NCBI GenBank assembly: GCA_002269645.1
Contig: NIVC01000006.1
Span: 744,001-808,000 of the forward strand
Direction: 5' to 3'
DNA: 64,000 nt
DNA from: Macrostomum lignano
Taxonomy: Eukaryota
In this document: positions 1 to 13,483 of the stretch, piece by piece
How the letters are laid out: every line of letters begins with the position of its first letter
Numbering within the stretch: position 1 is the stretch's first letter
Program-made: the position numbers and the translations under genes
Notes under the pieces: model-generated
What the model was told of the DNA's origin: nothing
What the model saw: the letters and a program-made list of their open reading frames with translations, nothing else
Database searches by the model: none

Positions 1-234
1 CCTGAAGCCGGGCAACATTCCGCCGCCGCCGCCGCCACCGCCAACGCCGGGGATGCTCAGCGCCGACAGCCGGCTGGCGGTGAACCTCGGCAAAACCTCC
101 GGCTGAGGAGGCGACTCGCCTGGAGCCAAGCTGAGCAGCAGTTCCACACGGTTGTGCAGCCACTCCAAGCTGCTGGCCAGGACGGCCTCGGAGTCTTCAT
201 CTCTGAGGTTGATGCGGACTGTCTGCACGCTGAC
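1..234 (-). CDS. Internal exon of unidentified gene (continues beyond window start)
   Basis: Acceptor gtcgcag| then open frame VSVQTVRINLRDEDSEAVLASSLEWLHNRVELLLSLAP...GGGGMLPGFR to base 1; GC-rich; an alternative phase-2 acceptor at 241 is possible. Confidence 0.55.
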
Positions 235-283
235 CTGCGACCTGCGGCGGCTGAGGATGGGGAGGCAGGGACAAGTTTTCAAT

Positions 284-1600
284 TGCGATTCCAATTGGCG
301 ATTTTTCAATGGCGATTCCAATTGGCGATTTTTCGATGGCGATTTCTTAAGGGCGATTCCAATTGGCGATTTTTCGATGGCGATTTCTTAAGGGCGATTC
401 TCATTGGCGATTTTTCGATGGTGATTTCTCAAGGGCGATTCTCATTAGCGATTTTTTGGTGGTGATTTCTTAAGGGCGATTCTCATTAGCGATTTTTTGG
501 TGGTGATTTCTTAAGGGCGATTCTCATTAGCGATTTTTTGGTGGTGATTTCTTAAGGGCGATTCTCATTAGCGATTTTTTGGTGGTGATTTCTTAAGGGC
601 GATTCTCATTAGCGATTTTTTGGTGGTGATTTCTTAAGGGCGATTCTCATTGGCGATTCTCATTGGCGATTTTTCGATGGTGATTTCTCAACGGCGATTT
701 TCATTAGCGATTTTTGGTGGTGATTTCTTAAAGGCGATTCTCATTGGCGATTTTTCAATAGCGATTCTCATTGGCGATTTTTAGATGGTGATTTCTTAAG
801 GGCGATTCTCATTGGCGATTTCTCGATGGCCATTTCTTAAGGGCGATTCTCATTGGCGATTTTTCGATGGTGATTTCTAATGGGCGATTCTCATTAGCGA
901 TTTTTGGTGATGATTTCTTAAAGGCGATTCTCATTGGCGATTTTTAGATGGCGATTTCTTAAGGGCGATTCTCATTGGCGATTTTTCGATAGCGATTCTC
1001 ATTGGCGATTTTTCGATGGTGATTTCTCATGGGGGATTCCCATTAGCGATTTTTGGTGGTGATTTCTTAAAGGCGATTCTCATTGGCGATTTTTCAATAG
1101 CGATTCTCATTGGCGATTTTTAGATGGTGATTTCTTAAGGGCGATTCTCATTGGCGATTTCTCGATGGTGATTTCTAATGGGCGATTCTCATTAGCGATT
1201 TTTTGGTGGTGATTTCTTAAAGGCGATCCTTATTGGCGATTTTTCGATAGCGATTCTCATTGGCGATTTTTAGATGGCGACTTCTTAAGGGCGATTCTCA
1301 TTGGCGATTTTTCGATGGTGATTTCTCAACGGCGATTTTCATTAGCGATTTTTGGTGGTGATTTCTTAAAGGCGATTCTCATTGGCGATTTTTCAATAGC
1401 GATTCTCATTGGCGCTTTTTAGATGGTGATTTCTTAAGGGTGATTCTCATTGGCGATTTTTTGATAGCGATTTCTCGATGGCGATTTCTTAAGGGCGATT
1501 CTCATTGGCGATTTTTCGATGGCGATTTCTTAAGGGCGAGTCTCATTAACGATTTTTCAAGGGCGATTTTTAAATGGCGATTCTCATTTGCAATTTTTCA
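284..1600. repeat. Intronic tandem satellite, ~41-bp unit built of GGCGATT(T/C) submotifs
   Basis: Repeated ggcgattctcattggcgatttttcgatggtgatttcttaag variants. Confidence 0.95.
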
Positions 1601-1734
1601 AGCGCGATTTTTAGGGAAATTTTTCCAAGGCGATTCCGAGGCAGTTTTAAGCAGACCCAGGTTAAACACGAGTGATGCTGTAGTACTAGCTAAAAACGCA
1701 TCTAGGCTTGATTAAAAGCAGTCTAATCTCTCAC

Positions 1735-1836
1735 CTTGTACTGCTGCATAGTCCGCAAGCCCCTGACATTTGCGGCGGCAGTCGACAAGCCGACAACGGG
1801 CCTAGGACGGCTGCAATTGTAAGTGAAGGTAATCAT
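1735..1836 (-). CDS. Probable first coding exon of unidentified gene
   Basis: ATG at 1836, MITFTYNCSRPRPVVGLSTAAANVRGLRTMQQYK, strong donor AAG|GTGAGA, phase 0 matches exon 1-234. Confidence 0.45.
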
Positions 1837-1934
1837 CTTGACAACATGCACACTGCAGAGCGGCTCTGGGATTGCAACGGAGATTGTTGAACTTTGTACG
1901 CAATAAATTGTAGTTTAATTGATGCTAGATATGG

Positions 1935-3020
1935 TGGATTGCCTCAGGTGGTAGATGGTCGAAGGTGGTAGATGGTCGAAGGTGGTAGATGGTCCCAGGT
2001 GGTAGATGGTCCCAGATGGTAGAGGGTCATAGGTGTTAGATGGTCCCAGGTGGTGGATGGTCCCAGATGGTAGACGGTCACAGGTGGTAGATGGTCTGAT
2101 GGTCCCAGGTGGTAGATGGTAGATGGTCCCAGGTGGTAGATGGTAGACGGTCCCAGGTGGTAGATGGTCCCAGGTGGTAGATGGTCTGATGGTCCCAGGT
2201 GGTAGACGGTCACAGGTGGTAGATGTTCCCAGGTGGTAGATGGTCCCAGGTGGTAGATGGTCTAATGGTCCCAGGTGGTAGACGGTCACAGGTGGTAGAT
2301 GTTCCCAGGTGGTAGATGGTAGATGTTCCCAGGTGGTAGATGGTCGAAGGTGGTAGATGGTCCCAGGTGGTAGATGGTCCCAGATGGTAGACGGTCACAG
2401 GTGGTAGATGGTCTGATGGTCCCAGGTGGTAGATGGTAGATGGTCCCAGGTGGTAGATGGTAGATGGTCCCAGGTGGTAGATGGTCTGATGGTCCCAGGT
2501 GGTAGATGGTAGATGGTCCCAGGCGGTAGATGGTCCCAGGTGGTAGATGGTCTGATGGTCCCAGGTGGTAGATGGTAGACGGTCCCAGGCGGTAGATGGT
2601 CCCAGGTGGTAGATGGTCTGATGGTCCCAGGCGGTAGATGGTCCCAGGCGGTAGATGGTCCCAGGCGGTAGATGGTCCCAGGCGGTAGATGGTCCCAGGC
2701 GGTAGATGGTCCCAGGCGGTAGATGGTCCCAGGCGGTAGATGGTCCCAGGTGGTAGATGGTCTGATGGTCCCAGGTGGTAGATGGTAGATGGTCCCAGGT
2801 GGTAGATGGTAGATGGTCCCAGGTGGTAGATGGTAGACGGTCCCAGGTGGTAGATGGTAGACGGTCCCAGGCGGTAGATGGTCCCAGGTGGTAGATGGTC
2901 TGATGGTCCCAGGTGGTAGATGGTAGACGGTCCCAGGCGGTAGATGGTCCCAGGTGGTAGATGGTAGACGGTCCCAGGCGGTAGATGGTCCCAGGTGGTA
3001 GATGGTCTGATGGTCCCAGG
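1935..3020. repeat. 17-bp satellite GGTCCCAGGTGGTAGAT with GGTAGAT subunits
   Basis: Direct tandem repetition; explains the spurious ORFs at 1915-3099. Confidence 0.95.
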
Positions 3021-3384
3021 TAGCAGATGGAGGGCAGGTCCTATAAAAGATCCAATCAATCAAATTAATCAAATAAGTCAAAGTGGAGAAGAATAACACG
3101 AAAACTTATCAAAATACGGAAGCAAATGCTTACTAGAAAAATTCAGACTAATTGTTAATTACCGAAAAGGATTAGTAACAGAATAATATTATTGGCATTA
3201 TTAATTTTTGAGTAAAATGCAGTATGTCTTAAATGCCTATGCAAAATTGTTATTAATAGTGAAGAATATGAGCGTTAGGGATTCGTTTCAAACCCCAAGT
3301 TACTGGTAAAAGTACAAAAATAAATTGAAGTTTTGCAATGGTCATTAGTTGGATATTGTTACTAAATAGGAAATCGCCCTGCTA

Positions 3385-3591
3385 TCAAGGCTTAGTGTAA
3401 TAGGCCTGACTGAACTTGTTGCAAATTTGCACGGCCTTGTTGTACATGTCCATGTCGAAGTTCTCAGAGCAGCCTCTGTCCAGCTGCACCAGGTGCTGCA
3501 CAGAGACAGAGTTGTCGGACAGGGCGCTGCCAACCACCTCGACGAGGCTGCCCGGCTCGGCGTGGAACTCGCGAGACAGCTGGGCTTTCAC
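3385..3591 (-). CDS. RPA3: Replication protein A 14-kDa subunit, exon 2 (last)
   Basis: Acceptor cccgccag|GTG; [24 protein letters not shown]...[21 protein letters not shown] resembles the RPA3 C-half (GIVEVVG...FDLGLYNEAVKIIHDF); TGA at 3385-3387. Confidence 0.9.
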   Translation of the reverse strand: MKAQLSREFHAEPGSLVEVVGSALSDNSVSVQHLVQLDRGCSENFDMDMYNKAVQICNKFSQAYYTKP

Positions 3592-3689
3592 CTGGCGGGA
3601 GGCGTTTCGGTGGATTTGGTTACTGTATGGGTTGGGTGTGCGTGTTGTGCGCTCTTGATTGTGTCTGTACTGCTGTGCTGATGGCTGAC

Positions 3690-4885
<1,196 letters not shown>

Positions 4886-4913
4886 TACAGGTCAATCAGT
4901 CAATAAGACACAC

Positions 4914-5084
4914 CTGCACAGAGTCGGAAGCCTCAAGCAGCAGGCAGGTGGGGCTGGGACAGCTCACCACCCGGCCCAGCAGGCACACGCAGGCGCCCTG
5001 GTGCTGGGCCAGCAGCCCGCCATTGACCCGATGCCGGGCCCTGGCCTCGTCGCTGGAGTCCACGTCCATCACGCTGGTGTTCAT
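4914..5084 (-). CDS. RPA3: Replication protein A 14-kDa subunit, exon 1
   Basis: gccATG; MNTSVMDVDSSDEARARHRVNGGLLAQHQGACVCLLGRV resembles RPA3 [23 protein letters not shown]; donor CAG|GTGTGT, phase 0; spliced product 125 aa. Confidence 0.9.
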
Positions 5085-5934
5085 GGCGCTGGCTACGAGA
5101 AGGGTGCAAATGGCTGAAAGTAATGAGGTAGAAAAACGTGAAAATATTCTATGGAGATATTTTGTACTAACGGAAATCCTCTCATTTTACTTTCTATTCT
5201 CTCTAATATCACTGTTTATTCTCTAATCTCACTGCCTATTTTCTAATCTCACTGTCTATACTCTAATCCAACAGACTATTCTCAAATCTCGCTGTCTATT
5301 CTCCAACCGAACTGCCCATTCTCTAATCTTATTGTCTAGTCTGTAATCTTGCTGTCTATTTTCTTATCTCACTGTCTATTATCTAATCTCATTGTCTAGT
5401 CTCTAATCTCTCCCTATTCTCTAATCTTATCCGTCAATCTTCATATCTCCCATCTCGCTTTTGTCTGTAATTTTGTCTCCATTCCTATATCAAACCAGTT
5501 AAATCGTTTCACGCCCAATACACATCAAGTCACAACTACAAAACATAAAAATAAATTTGATTACAAAAAATATTTCACAGCTTCTAATTTTTCAGTCTCA
5601 CTTTAATTAAAATTTGTGAATAGTGGCGCAGAGTGCAGAGATTTTTAAGCCACTGCGAGACTGCGTTTTAAATAGCAAAAACGAAGCAGACAATGGAATA
5701 AAACGCAGAAATATATTTTGGTGCGCTTGAAAGTCAGAACAGCATTAATAATAGCCGCCTAGTAAACATTCTAGTAATAAAATAGTGTTGACTAGATAGA
5801 GAAGTGGCGATTACCGAAGTGCTTTTTAACAGAGAATATAATAAAATTAAATATTGCTTTGCAGATAGATCTGATCGGGTTTGCTAAATTGCCTTGACGG
5901 GGGCTTGACACTTATGACTTAATAATAGATTAAT

Positions 5935-6590
5935 TATCACCTGGATGGAATGGGGGACTGAGAGCCAATGAGTAATTATCCCCTGGATGGAATGGGGGGA
6001 CTGAGAGCCACTGAGTAATTATCCCCTGGGTGGAATGGGGGGACTGAGAGCCAATGAGTAATTATCCCCTGGGTGGAATGGGGGGACTGAGAGCCAATGA
6101 GTAATTATCCCCTGGGTGGAATGGGGGACTGAGAGCCAATGAGTAATTATCCCCTGGATGGAATGGGGGGACTGAGAGCCAATAAGTAATTATCCCCTGG
6201 GTGGAATGGGGGGACTGAGAGCCAATGAGTAATTATCCCCTGGATGGAATGGGGGGACTGAGAGCCAATGAGTAATTATCCCCTGGGTGGAATGGGGGAC
6301 CGAGAGCCAATGAGTAATTATCCCCTGGATGGAATGGGGGGACTGAGAGCCAATGAGTAATTATCCCCTGGGTGGAATGGGGGACTGAGAGCCAATGAGT
6401 AATTATGCCCTGGATGGAATGGGGGGACTGAGAGCCAATGAGTAATTATCCCCTGGGTGGAATGGGGGACTGAGAGCCAATGAGTAATTATCCCCTGGAT
6501 GGAATGGGGGACTGAGAGCCAATGAGCAATTATCCCCTGGATGGAATGGGGGACTGAGAGCCAATGAGTAATTATCACCTGGATGGAGGA
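5935..6590. repeat. 42-43-bp G-rich satellite, ~15 copies, each with AGCCAATGAG
   Basis: tatcccctggatggaatgggggactgagagccaatgagtaat repeated. Confidence 0.95.
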
Positions 6591-7004
6591 GTTGAATAGC
6601 CGGAAATTATAATTGCACACTATACATAAAACGCAGGCGCTTGAACAAAAAACTTAAGCATATAATCTATAGTGTTAATTATTCATTCATTACGAAGCAA
6701 AATTGTCTCAAAGATCAAGGAATGGCGTCAGTGCTGCGTGTTTGTAACCTTTTATGCGGGCACCAATTGCTAAAAACAAGAAAATACACTGTCAAGAAGA
6801 AAATAGGCAACATAAAAACAAAAGCAGCTACTAATAAAGATATGAATCATTCGATTAACATAGCATTTTGTGGCCCACAGAAACAGGGTTGCTAGGGGAC
6901 GGAATAGTTGCTATTATCAGATTTTATTCAACTATTGTCAAGGCCAAATGCCGATTTTAGATATATGGGCACAAGTATAGTAGGGGTGAGTGGGGCGCTG
7001 GTCG

Positions 7005-7220
7005 GGAACATGTACATTGAGGAGTGAGTGGGGTGGTCGCGAGGAGTGTACATTGGGGAATGAGTGGGGTGGTCGCGAGGAGTGTACATTGAGGAGTGAG
7101 TGGGGTGGTCGCGAGGAGTGTACATTGGGGAATGAGTGGGGTGGTCGCGAGGAGTGTACATTGAGGAGTGAGTGGGGTGGTCGCGAGGAGTGTACATTGG
7201 GGAATGAGTGGGGTGGTTGG
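7005..7220. repeat. 36-bp minisatellite with alternating variants (72-bp dimer)
   Basis: gaggagtgtacattg(a/g)gga(g/a)tgagtggggtggtcgc. Confidence 0.9.
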
Positions 7221-8755
7221 GAGCAATTGTATATAGAAAGGTTCTTTTTTAGGCATGGATAACTATTTAGCCACCTATAAAAGTTCAGTAAAGGTGCAAA
7301 TAAAAAATAAAAAAGGGGCAGAATAGGCGAGACAAGTGCTTGTGCACAGTCTAAAAACTTCTTTGTGACAAACAACTAGCAAAAAACGCATACCTTGTGC
7401 TTTGTGTGAGGAAAATAAAGAGAAAACTATGACATACCGATGATGATGACAATCAGCAGGTGCATTCCAGAAAGTGGAAGTGGCGAGTAAAATTTACAAG
7501 CTATTAAAAACTTAAGAAGTAGTATCGTGTGCACTTCTGAGTACTAGTACGAGTAGAAATTCCAAAAAATAATTTTTGAGAACTCCAATTTTTTTGCATC
7601 TTGTGGAATGATTTATCATTCAGCAGATTATCTAAATAATTTTTTTTTCAATAATAATAATGCTAGCCGCCGCGATGCAAACGTTTTACAATTATACAAA
7701 TTTTATCCTGCTAATTAAAAAAGGTTAAAGAAAACCTCTCATTACAGAGCGCCATCAATGGAGACCTCTGATTCTGCTTAGAGGTTATAAACAGAAAAAC
7801 AAAACAAAAAGTGTGTGTGTGTGTGTGTAAAAAAACAGAAAATAAAAGAACATGAATAAAATTTGCACAACCAAATTCGGTTATCGTAGGCAGCAGTGTG
7901 CTACTATAAGTAGCAAGGAGAACAAGCTAAAATTAGAGGTTAACAAAAAAGGTAATTCTATGCTGTTTTCTTAAAAACTCCATGTCTATGTCAGAAACAG
8001 AAATATGTGTGTTTTCGAAGAAACGGTATCGCTGATCCGCCAACAGCCTGTGTTCCAAGAAACAATACCATTTCTTAGAAAATTACTCATTCAAAAGTGT
8101 ACGCAAGTTTAAGGAACACATTTCTGTAATATAAGCAAAGAAGTCAAGAGCAATTGAAATGTGCGAGCAAAAAGGAAAAAATTAAATAAACAACTGACTA
8201 CTGACAGAGACAATTAAGTAGCGTGCACAAAATGCCGCATATTAATAGTATTATTGTAACGAAACAATATTTTTCTCTTAAATAAAAATTGGTCAAAAAG
8301 CGAATGGGTAAATTATTTTGCTTTTAATTAAAAATGTGGATTTTTATTAATGAAGAAATACTTTGCAGTCGGTGTTAGAAGATCAATCATGGGGATTGCT
8401 GCTGTGTACACATTTTTATTTCAAAAGAGGCCAGTTCAAGGCTGACTTTCCAATCTAATCATAAAGCTCCCGTACAATTTATTAACAAGTGGAGAATCAG
8501 TAAATACTGGTAGTACAGATTAGTATGACTAGATAAAGAAAAAATCCACAGTGATTTGACAAGAAAGTGCAGATTGACTAGAAATTATTGCAGACATTAC
8601 TCACAAACAGAATATTAGGTAACAGCATATCCCAGGGTTAGATTCAAAACGCATTTATTAATTAGACATTCCTTAATTACTTACTATAAGTAGCTTGATC
8701 ATTTTCTTCAACAAGTTAACAGTAAATTAAAAAACACGGTCGTTGTTCCCAAGAA

Positions 8756-9622
8756 CAGATACTAGAATAGCTAACTATGCCACGCGCAACAAAAGTTGTG
8801 AAAAGTTTCTTTTTCAGCAGTTTTGCCTCGCAGTGTCACTTGAAATTAATACGGAAGCTAAAATTTCCTTTCCTTCCTCTGAAGGAGCACATGGAGTTGG
8901 GAATGGGAAAAGCAAGCTTTTAACTCAAGGTACACAAGGTAAACGCAGACGGATGAAACCCTGTCTAGGAGTGCAGAACAATCTGGTTCAGCCAATGAGA
9001 GAGCAGTAAGGAGAGAGATCAAAGTCAGAAGGACGAAACTCAGCCTAGGGCGAAGGCCCAATCCATGTCAGCCAATGAGAGAGCAGTAAGGAGAGAAATC
9101 AAAGTCAGAAGGATGAAACTCAGCTTAGGGGACAGGCCCAGTCTAGCTCAGCCAATGAGAGAGCAGTAAGGAGAGAAATCAAAGTCAGAAGGATGAAACT
9201 CAGCTTAGGGGACAGGCCCAGTCTAGCTCAGCCAATGAGAGAGCAGTAAGGAGAGAGATCAAAGTCAGAAGGACGAAACTCAGCCTAGGGCGCAGGCCCA
9301 ATCTAGCTCAGCCAATGATTGGGAAGTAAGGAGAGAGGTCAAAGTCAGATACAAGCGGACAAGAGGAAATCCAAAACTGTTTATCGGCCTGGCTGAAGCG
9401 CCACCCCCTTTCTCTCTTGCTCGCCATGCACACGCACTGGATCTGACTTTTTCAAGGTAAAGATGCCAATTTAAATGGTCTGTTTGTAGAAAGCCTGAGC
9501 TAATTGTTACAGCTTCAACAAAAACTTAAATTTTTTTACAAAAAGTAAAATTAACTGAAAAAGCTAAAAAGAGTAGATAAGCGCGTTTTTGCGAGTGATA
9601 TCTAGCTATTCTAGTATCTGTG
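8756..9622 (+). mobile_element. Non-autonomous TIR element (copy A) with internal 80-bp array
   Basis: CAGATACTAGAATAGCTA at 8756 and its inverse TAGCTATTCTAGTATCTG(TG) at 9603-9622; internal array and flanks homologous to the inverted copy at 19535-20584; no TSD found for this copy. Confidence 0.75.
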
Positions 9623-9866
9623 AGTAACGCCAGATCGCAGAGCAAAGCGTGTACACTGTCTGACGCAATGCGAAAGTCATCAGGGCCGCTGTACGATTAC
9701 ACCTTGCATGATCAGCCGAGTAATTACAGCTCTGGCTTCAGCTGGCAATCTACCCTATACTTTGACAAATTTACTAAATATTAAACAAAGATCTTTAAAC
9801 ATATTTTTAACACAAGGAATGCGCTCCAGCTGCAAAAGCAGATACTAATAACTATTGCAATTCGAA

Positions 9867-10532
9867 TCACGCCTTCGCCGCCGCACCGTCAGCGTCTGCT
9901 GCTGCTGCTGCCTCTTGCGGAGGCAGAAAGGCGACAGCTTCAGTCTGCTTTTGGTCAGTCTCAGGTCCTCCGGCAGATGGTCGAGCTTTGTGATGTTGGT
10001 GACGCTGGTGATGATGCTGATGCTGAGCAGCTGGTCTGCTCACAGCGGTAGTCGCGCCGCCGTCTAGCTCCCGCTCAGACGGGCCCCGGCAGCAGTACTT
10101 GCGCACTTTCGGCAGCACAAACGGCAAACTGCACAGAGCCGCAACACCGCCAATGCAGCCGAGAACCACAACGTAAAACAAAAAGTTCGGCGCCGTGGCG
10201 GCGTAGTCATCGCAGTTGGCTGGACTTTCGTCCGCTTCGCTTGGACACTTGGCATCGCCGCTGCACAGCTGATGGCAGGGATAGTAGGCGCTGGATAGCT
10301 GATAGCTGGAATTGCTGCCCTGGATGAAGTCGCAGGTGCAGAAGCACTTTTGAGAACAGCCGGGACACGCGAGCGAGTCGCTGACCAAACCGGCCGCGCC
10401 GCTCTCTGAAGCGTCAGCTGCCGTAGGCAGGCTGCGGCAAGGCGCGCAAGCCGGCCGGCACTGCGTGTGACGGCCGCGGTTCTTTGAGGACACCCGATTG
10501 CAGGTGTGCTGCAGCTCGTTGAAGCAGGTCAG
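9867..10532 (-). CDS. Last exon of single-pass membrane protein with Cys-rich/LDL-receptor class A-like module
   Basis: Acceptor cccgcag|CTG; CHQLCSGDAKCPSEADESPANC is LDLa-like, followed by hydrophobic FLFYVVVLGCIGGVAALCSLPFVL, basic KVRK stop-transfer and His/Ala-rich tail. Confidence 0.75.
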   Translation of the reverse strand: MTCFNELQHTCNRVSSKNRGRHTQCRPACAPCRSLPTAADASESGAAGLVSDSLACPGCSQKCFCTCDFIQGSNSSYQLSSAYYPCHQLCSGDAKCPSEADESPANCDDYAATAPNFLFYVVVLGCIGGVAALCSLPFVLPKVRKYCCRGPSERELDGGATTAVSRPAAQHQHHHQRHQHHKARPSAGGPETDQKQTEAVAFLPPQEAAAAADADGAAAKA

Positions 10533-10554
10533 CTGCGGGATCGGGTGCGGCAAT

Positions 10555-11510
10555 GGGCTGGGGATTCAGATTTGGGATCTGATTGGGGATCTGATTGGGG
10601 ATCTGATTGAGGATTCAGATTTGGGATCTGATTGGGGATTCAAATTTGGGATCTGATTGGGACTCACATTTGGGATCTGATTAGGATTCAGATTTGGGAT
10701 CTGATTGGGATTCAGATTTGGGATCTGATTGGGGATTCACATTTAGGATCTGATGATTGGGGATTCAGATTTGGGATCTGATTGGAATTCAGATTTGGGA
10801 TCTGATTGGGATTTCAGATTTGAGATCTGATTGAATATTCAGATTTGAGATCTGATTGGGATTCACATTTGGGATCTGATTGGGATTCACATTTAGGATC
10901 TAATTGGGGATTCAGATTTAGGATCTGATTGGAATTGAGATTTGGGATCTGATTGGGAGTCACATTTAGGATCTGATTGGAGATTCACATTTGGGATCTG
11001 ATTGGGATTCAGATTTGAGATCTGATTTGGATTCACATTTGGGATCTGATTGGGATTCACATTTAGGATCTGATTGGGGATTCAGATTTAGGATCTGATT
11101 GGAATTGAGATTTAGGATCTGATTGGGAGTCACATTTAGGATCTGATTGGAATTGAGATTTGGGATCTGATTGGGAGTCACATTTAGGATCTGATTGGAG
11201 ATTCACATTTGGGATCTGATTGGGATTCAGATTTGGGATCTGATTGGGATTCACATTTAGGATCTGATGATTGGGGATTCAGATTTGGGATCTGATTGGA
11301 ATTCAGATTTGGGATCTGATTGGGATTTCAGATTTGTGATCTGATTGGGATTTCAGATTTGGGATCTGATTGAGGATTCAGATTTGGGATCTGATTGAGG
11401 ATTCAGATTTGGGATCTGATTGGGATTCACATTTGGGATCTGATTGGGGATTCAGATTTGGGATCTGATTGAGGATTCAGATTTGGGATCTGATTGAGGA
11501 TTCAGATTTG
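10555..11510. repeat. 24-bp intronic satellite GGGATCTGATTGGGATTCAGATTT
   Basis: Direct tandem repetition. Confidence 0.95.
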
Positions 11511-11710
11511 AGCTGAGCCATCTACTGGTTAATCCCTTTTGGGATTTACTGGGGAATCCCTTTTTGGTATCTACTGGGGAATTACTATTGGATCTACTGG
11601 GGAATTCCTAATGATATCTACTGGGAAATCCCTACTGTGGTCATCAGTTGGTCAGAACGAAGGAATATATAACGCAAGACTCAATAACATCCCCAAAAAG
11701 CCAGTCTCAC

Positions 11711-12128
11711 CCGAACAATGCCGTCAGCTCCCAGTCCGGCCGGTCTGTGGGTCACGGCAAACCAGGCGCAGAACATGTCGGGCTCCTGGGACAGGCACAG
11801 CTGCAATGCCCGGCCGAAAGTTCTCTCCGCCGGTTTCAAGCGTTTCAATTCGCGAGCAGCCCCCGCAGAGGCGTTCAACTCCCGCCAGATGCGTCGGTCC
11901 AGCTGCATCTGCCTGTGCATGTCGGTCACCTCCGTGACAGCTGACAGCGGACCTGACCGATCTTCAGACGATGGCAAAGTGGTCAAACCGCCGGACACCT
12001 GCTGGGCAGAGCTGGCCCGAGTTGCCAGCGCTGTTGCCAAGGCCATGGCAACTAAACAGCGGATAGCCGGACTGGATGAGGATAAGCCGCAGAAACAGAT
12101 TCGAAAACACTCGTAATTATGAAACCAG
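11711..12128 (-). CDS. Upstream exon of the LDLa-like membrane protein (5' boundary and start uncertain)
   Basis: Open GC-rich frame with hydrophobic CLVAMALATALATRASSA, donor CGG|GTGAGA phase 0 joining 10532; candidate ATG at 12046, candidate acceptor ctaacag at 12129. Confidence 0.6.
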
Positions 12129-12239
12129 CTGTTAGATAACAGCATCATCGACTGCACAGGTGACATGAATGAAATAAATAGATATATTTCTAAATATCTG
12201 CGAAATAACAATAAACAGACATGAAATCCTAAATATTTA

Positions 12240-12950
12240 TTCATTATGAAATCCCAAATATCTATGGATTTTGAAATCCCAAAATATCTATCGATTATGA
12301 AATCCCAAAATATCTATGGGTTATGAAATCCAAAAGTATCTATCGATTATGAAATCCCAAAATATCTATCGATTATGAAATCCCAAAATATCTATGGGTT
12401 ATGAAATCCAAAAGTATCTATCGATTATGAAATCCCAAAATATCTATAGATTATGAAATCATCACAAATATCTATAAATAATGAAATCCCAAATCTCAAT
12501 AGACTCTAAACCCCCAAACACTATGGATTATGAAAATCTAAATCTCTGTGGATTATTAAATCCCTAATATGTATAGATTGTGAAGCATGAAATCCTAAAT
12601 ATTTATTGATTATGAAATCCCAAATATCTATGGATTATTAAATCCCAAAATATCTATGGATTATGAAATCCCTAAATTTCTATCGATTATGAAATCCTAA
12701 AATATCTATGGATTATGAAATCCCAAATCTCAATAGACTATAAAATCCCAAACACTATGGATTATGAAAATCTAAATCTCTGTGGATTATGAAATTCCAA
12801 ATATATATGGATTATGAAATCATCACAAATATCTATAAATAATGAAATTCCAAATATATATGGATTATGAAAATCGAAATCTCTATGGATTATTAAATCC
12901 CTAATATCTATAGATTATGAAGTCCCACCTAAATCTATGGATTTTTGAAC
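12240..12950. repeat. Degenerate ~21-bp AT-rich satellite (tatgaaatcccaaaatatctatggat-like)
   Basis: Tandem repetition. Confidence 0.85.
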
Positions 12951-13483
12951 CAAGAACTGAAAGCTGAAAATCTCATTAATTAAAATAATAAACGCAGAAA
13001 AGACGCCTAAAAGTATATTTAAAATTAGCTATGCATAATTAGTAAGCCAATAAATATATTGCATTAGAACGACATAAAAATATGGTTATAAAATAAGACT
13101 TATAAACAAGCCAACAGACTTGATAACTTATCTCAAGCTGAGACCAACAAGCTGAGCACAGCGGCAAATTGGTAGCATTGAAGAAAAAGCAGAGAAAGAT
13201 TGCTGCTACTAAAATCAGAGCCAAGTGAGATGGGAAGAGAGAGGAAGTGAATCAAATTAGTGCTAGCGATCCCAAACTCTACACTTGCCTTCACTCGATG
13301 AGCAGGGTGAAGCCTCTTTCATGTTCTCGCCAGATGCGACCTGAACCAATCACATCGATATTGGCGATATCGCATGGCTGACAAGGTAATTAATTACATT
13401 ATATATCTAACTGTACTTGTATGCAGTATATTATAGTTGCAACTATGTATCACTGTCCTAAATAATAAGGCGCACTTGAATCA

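Noticed and set aside
9655-9700. CTGATGA / GAAA motifs suggesting a hammerhead ribozyme or C/D snoRNA
   Set aside because: The motifs fall on opposite strands, and neither a stem II/GAAAC arrangement nor a D box could be built
13039-13378. Last exon of PLPBP or an independent gene
   Set aside because: The PLPBP C-terminal motif is at 14233-14301; frames here are short and unassignable
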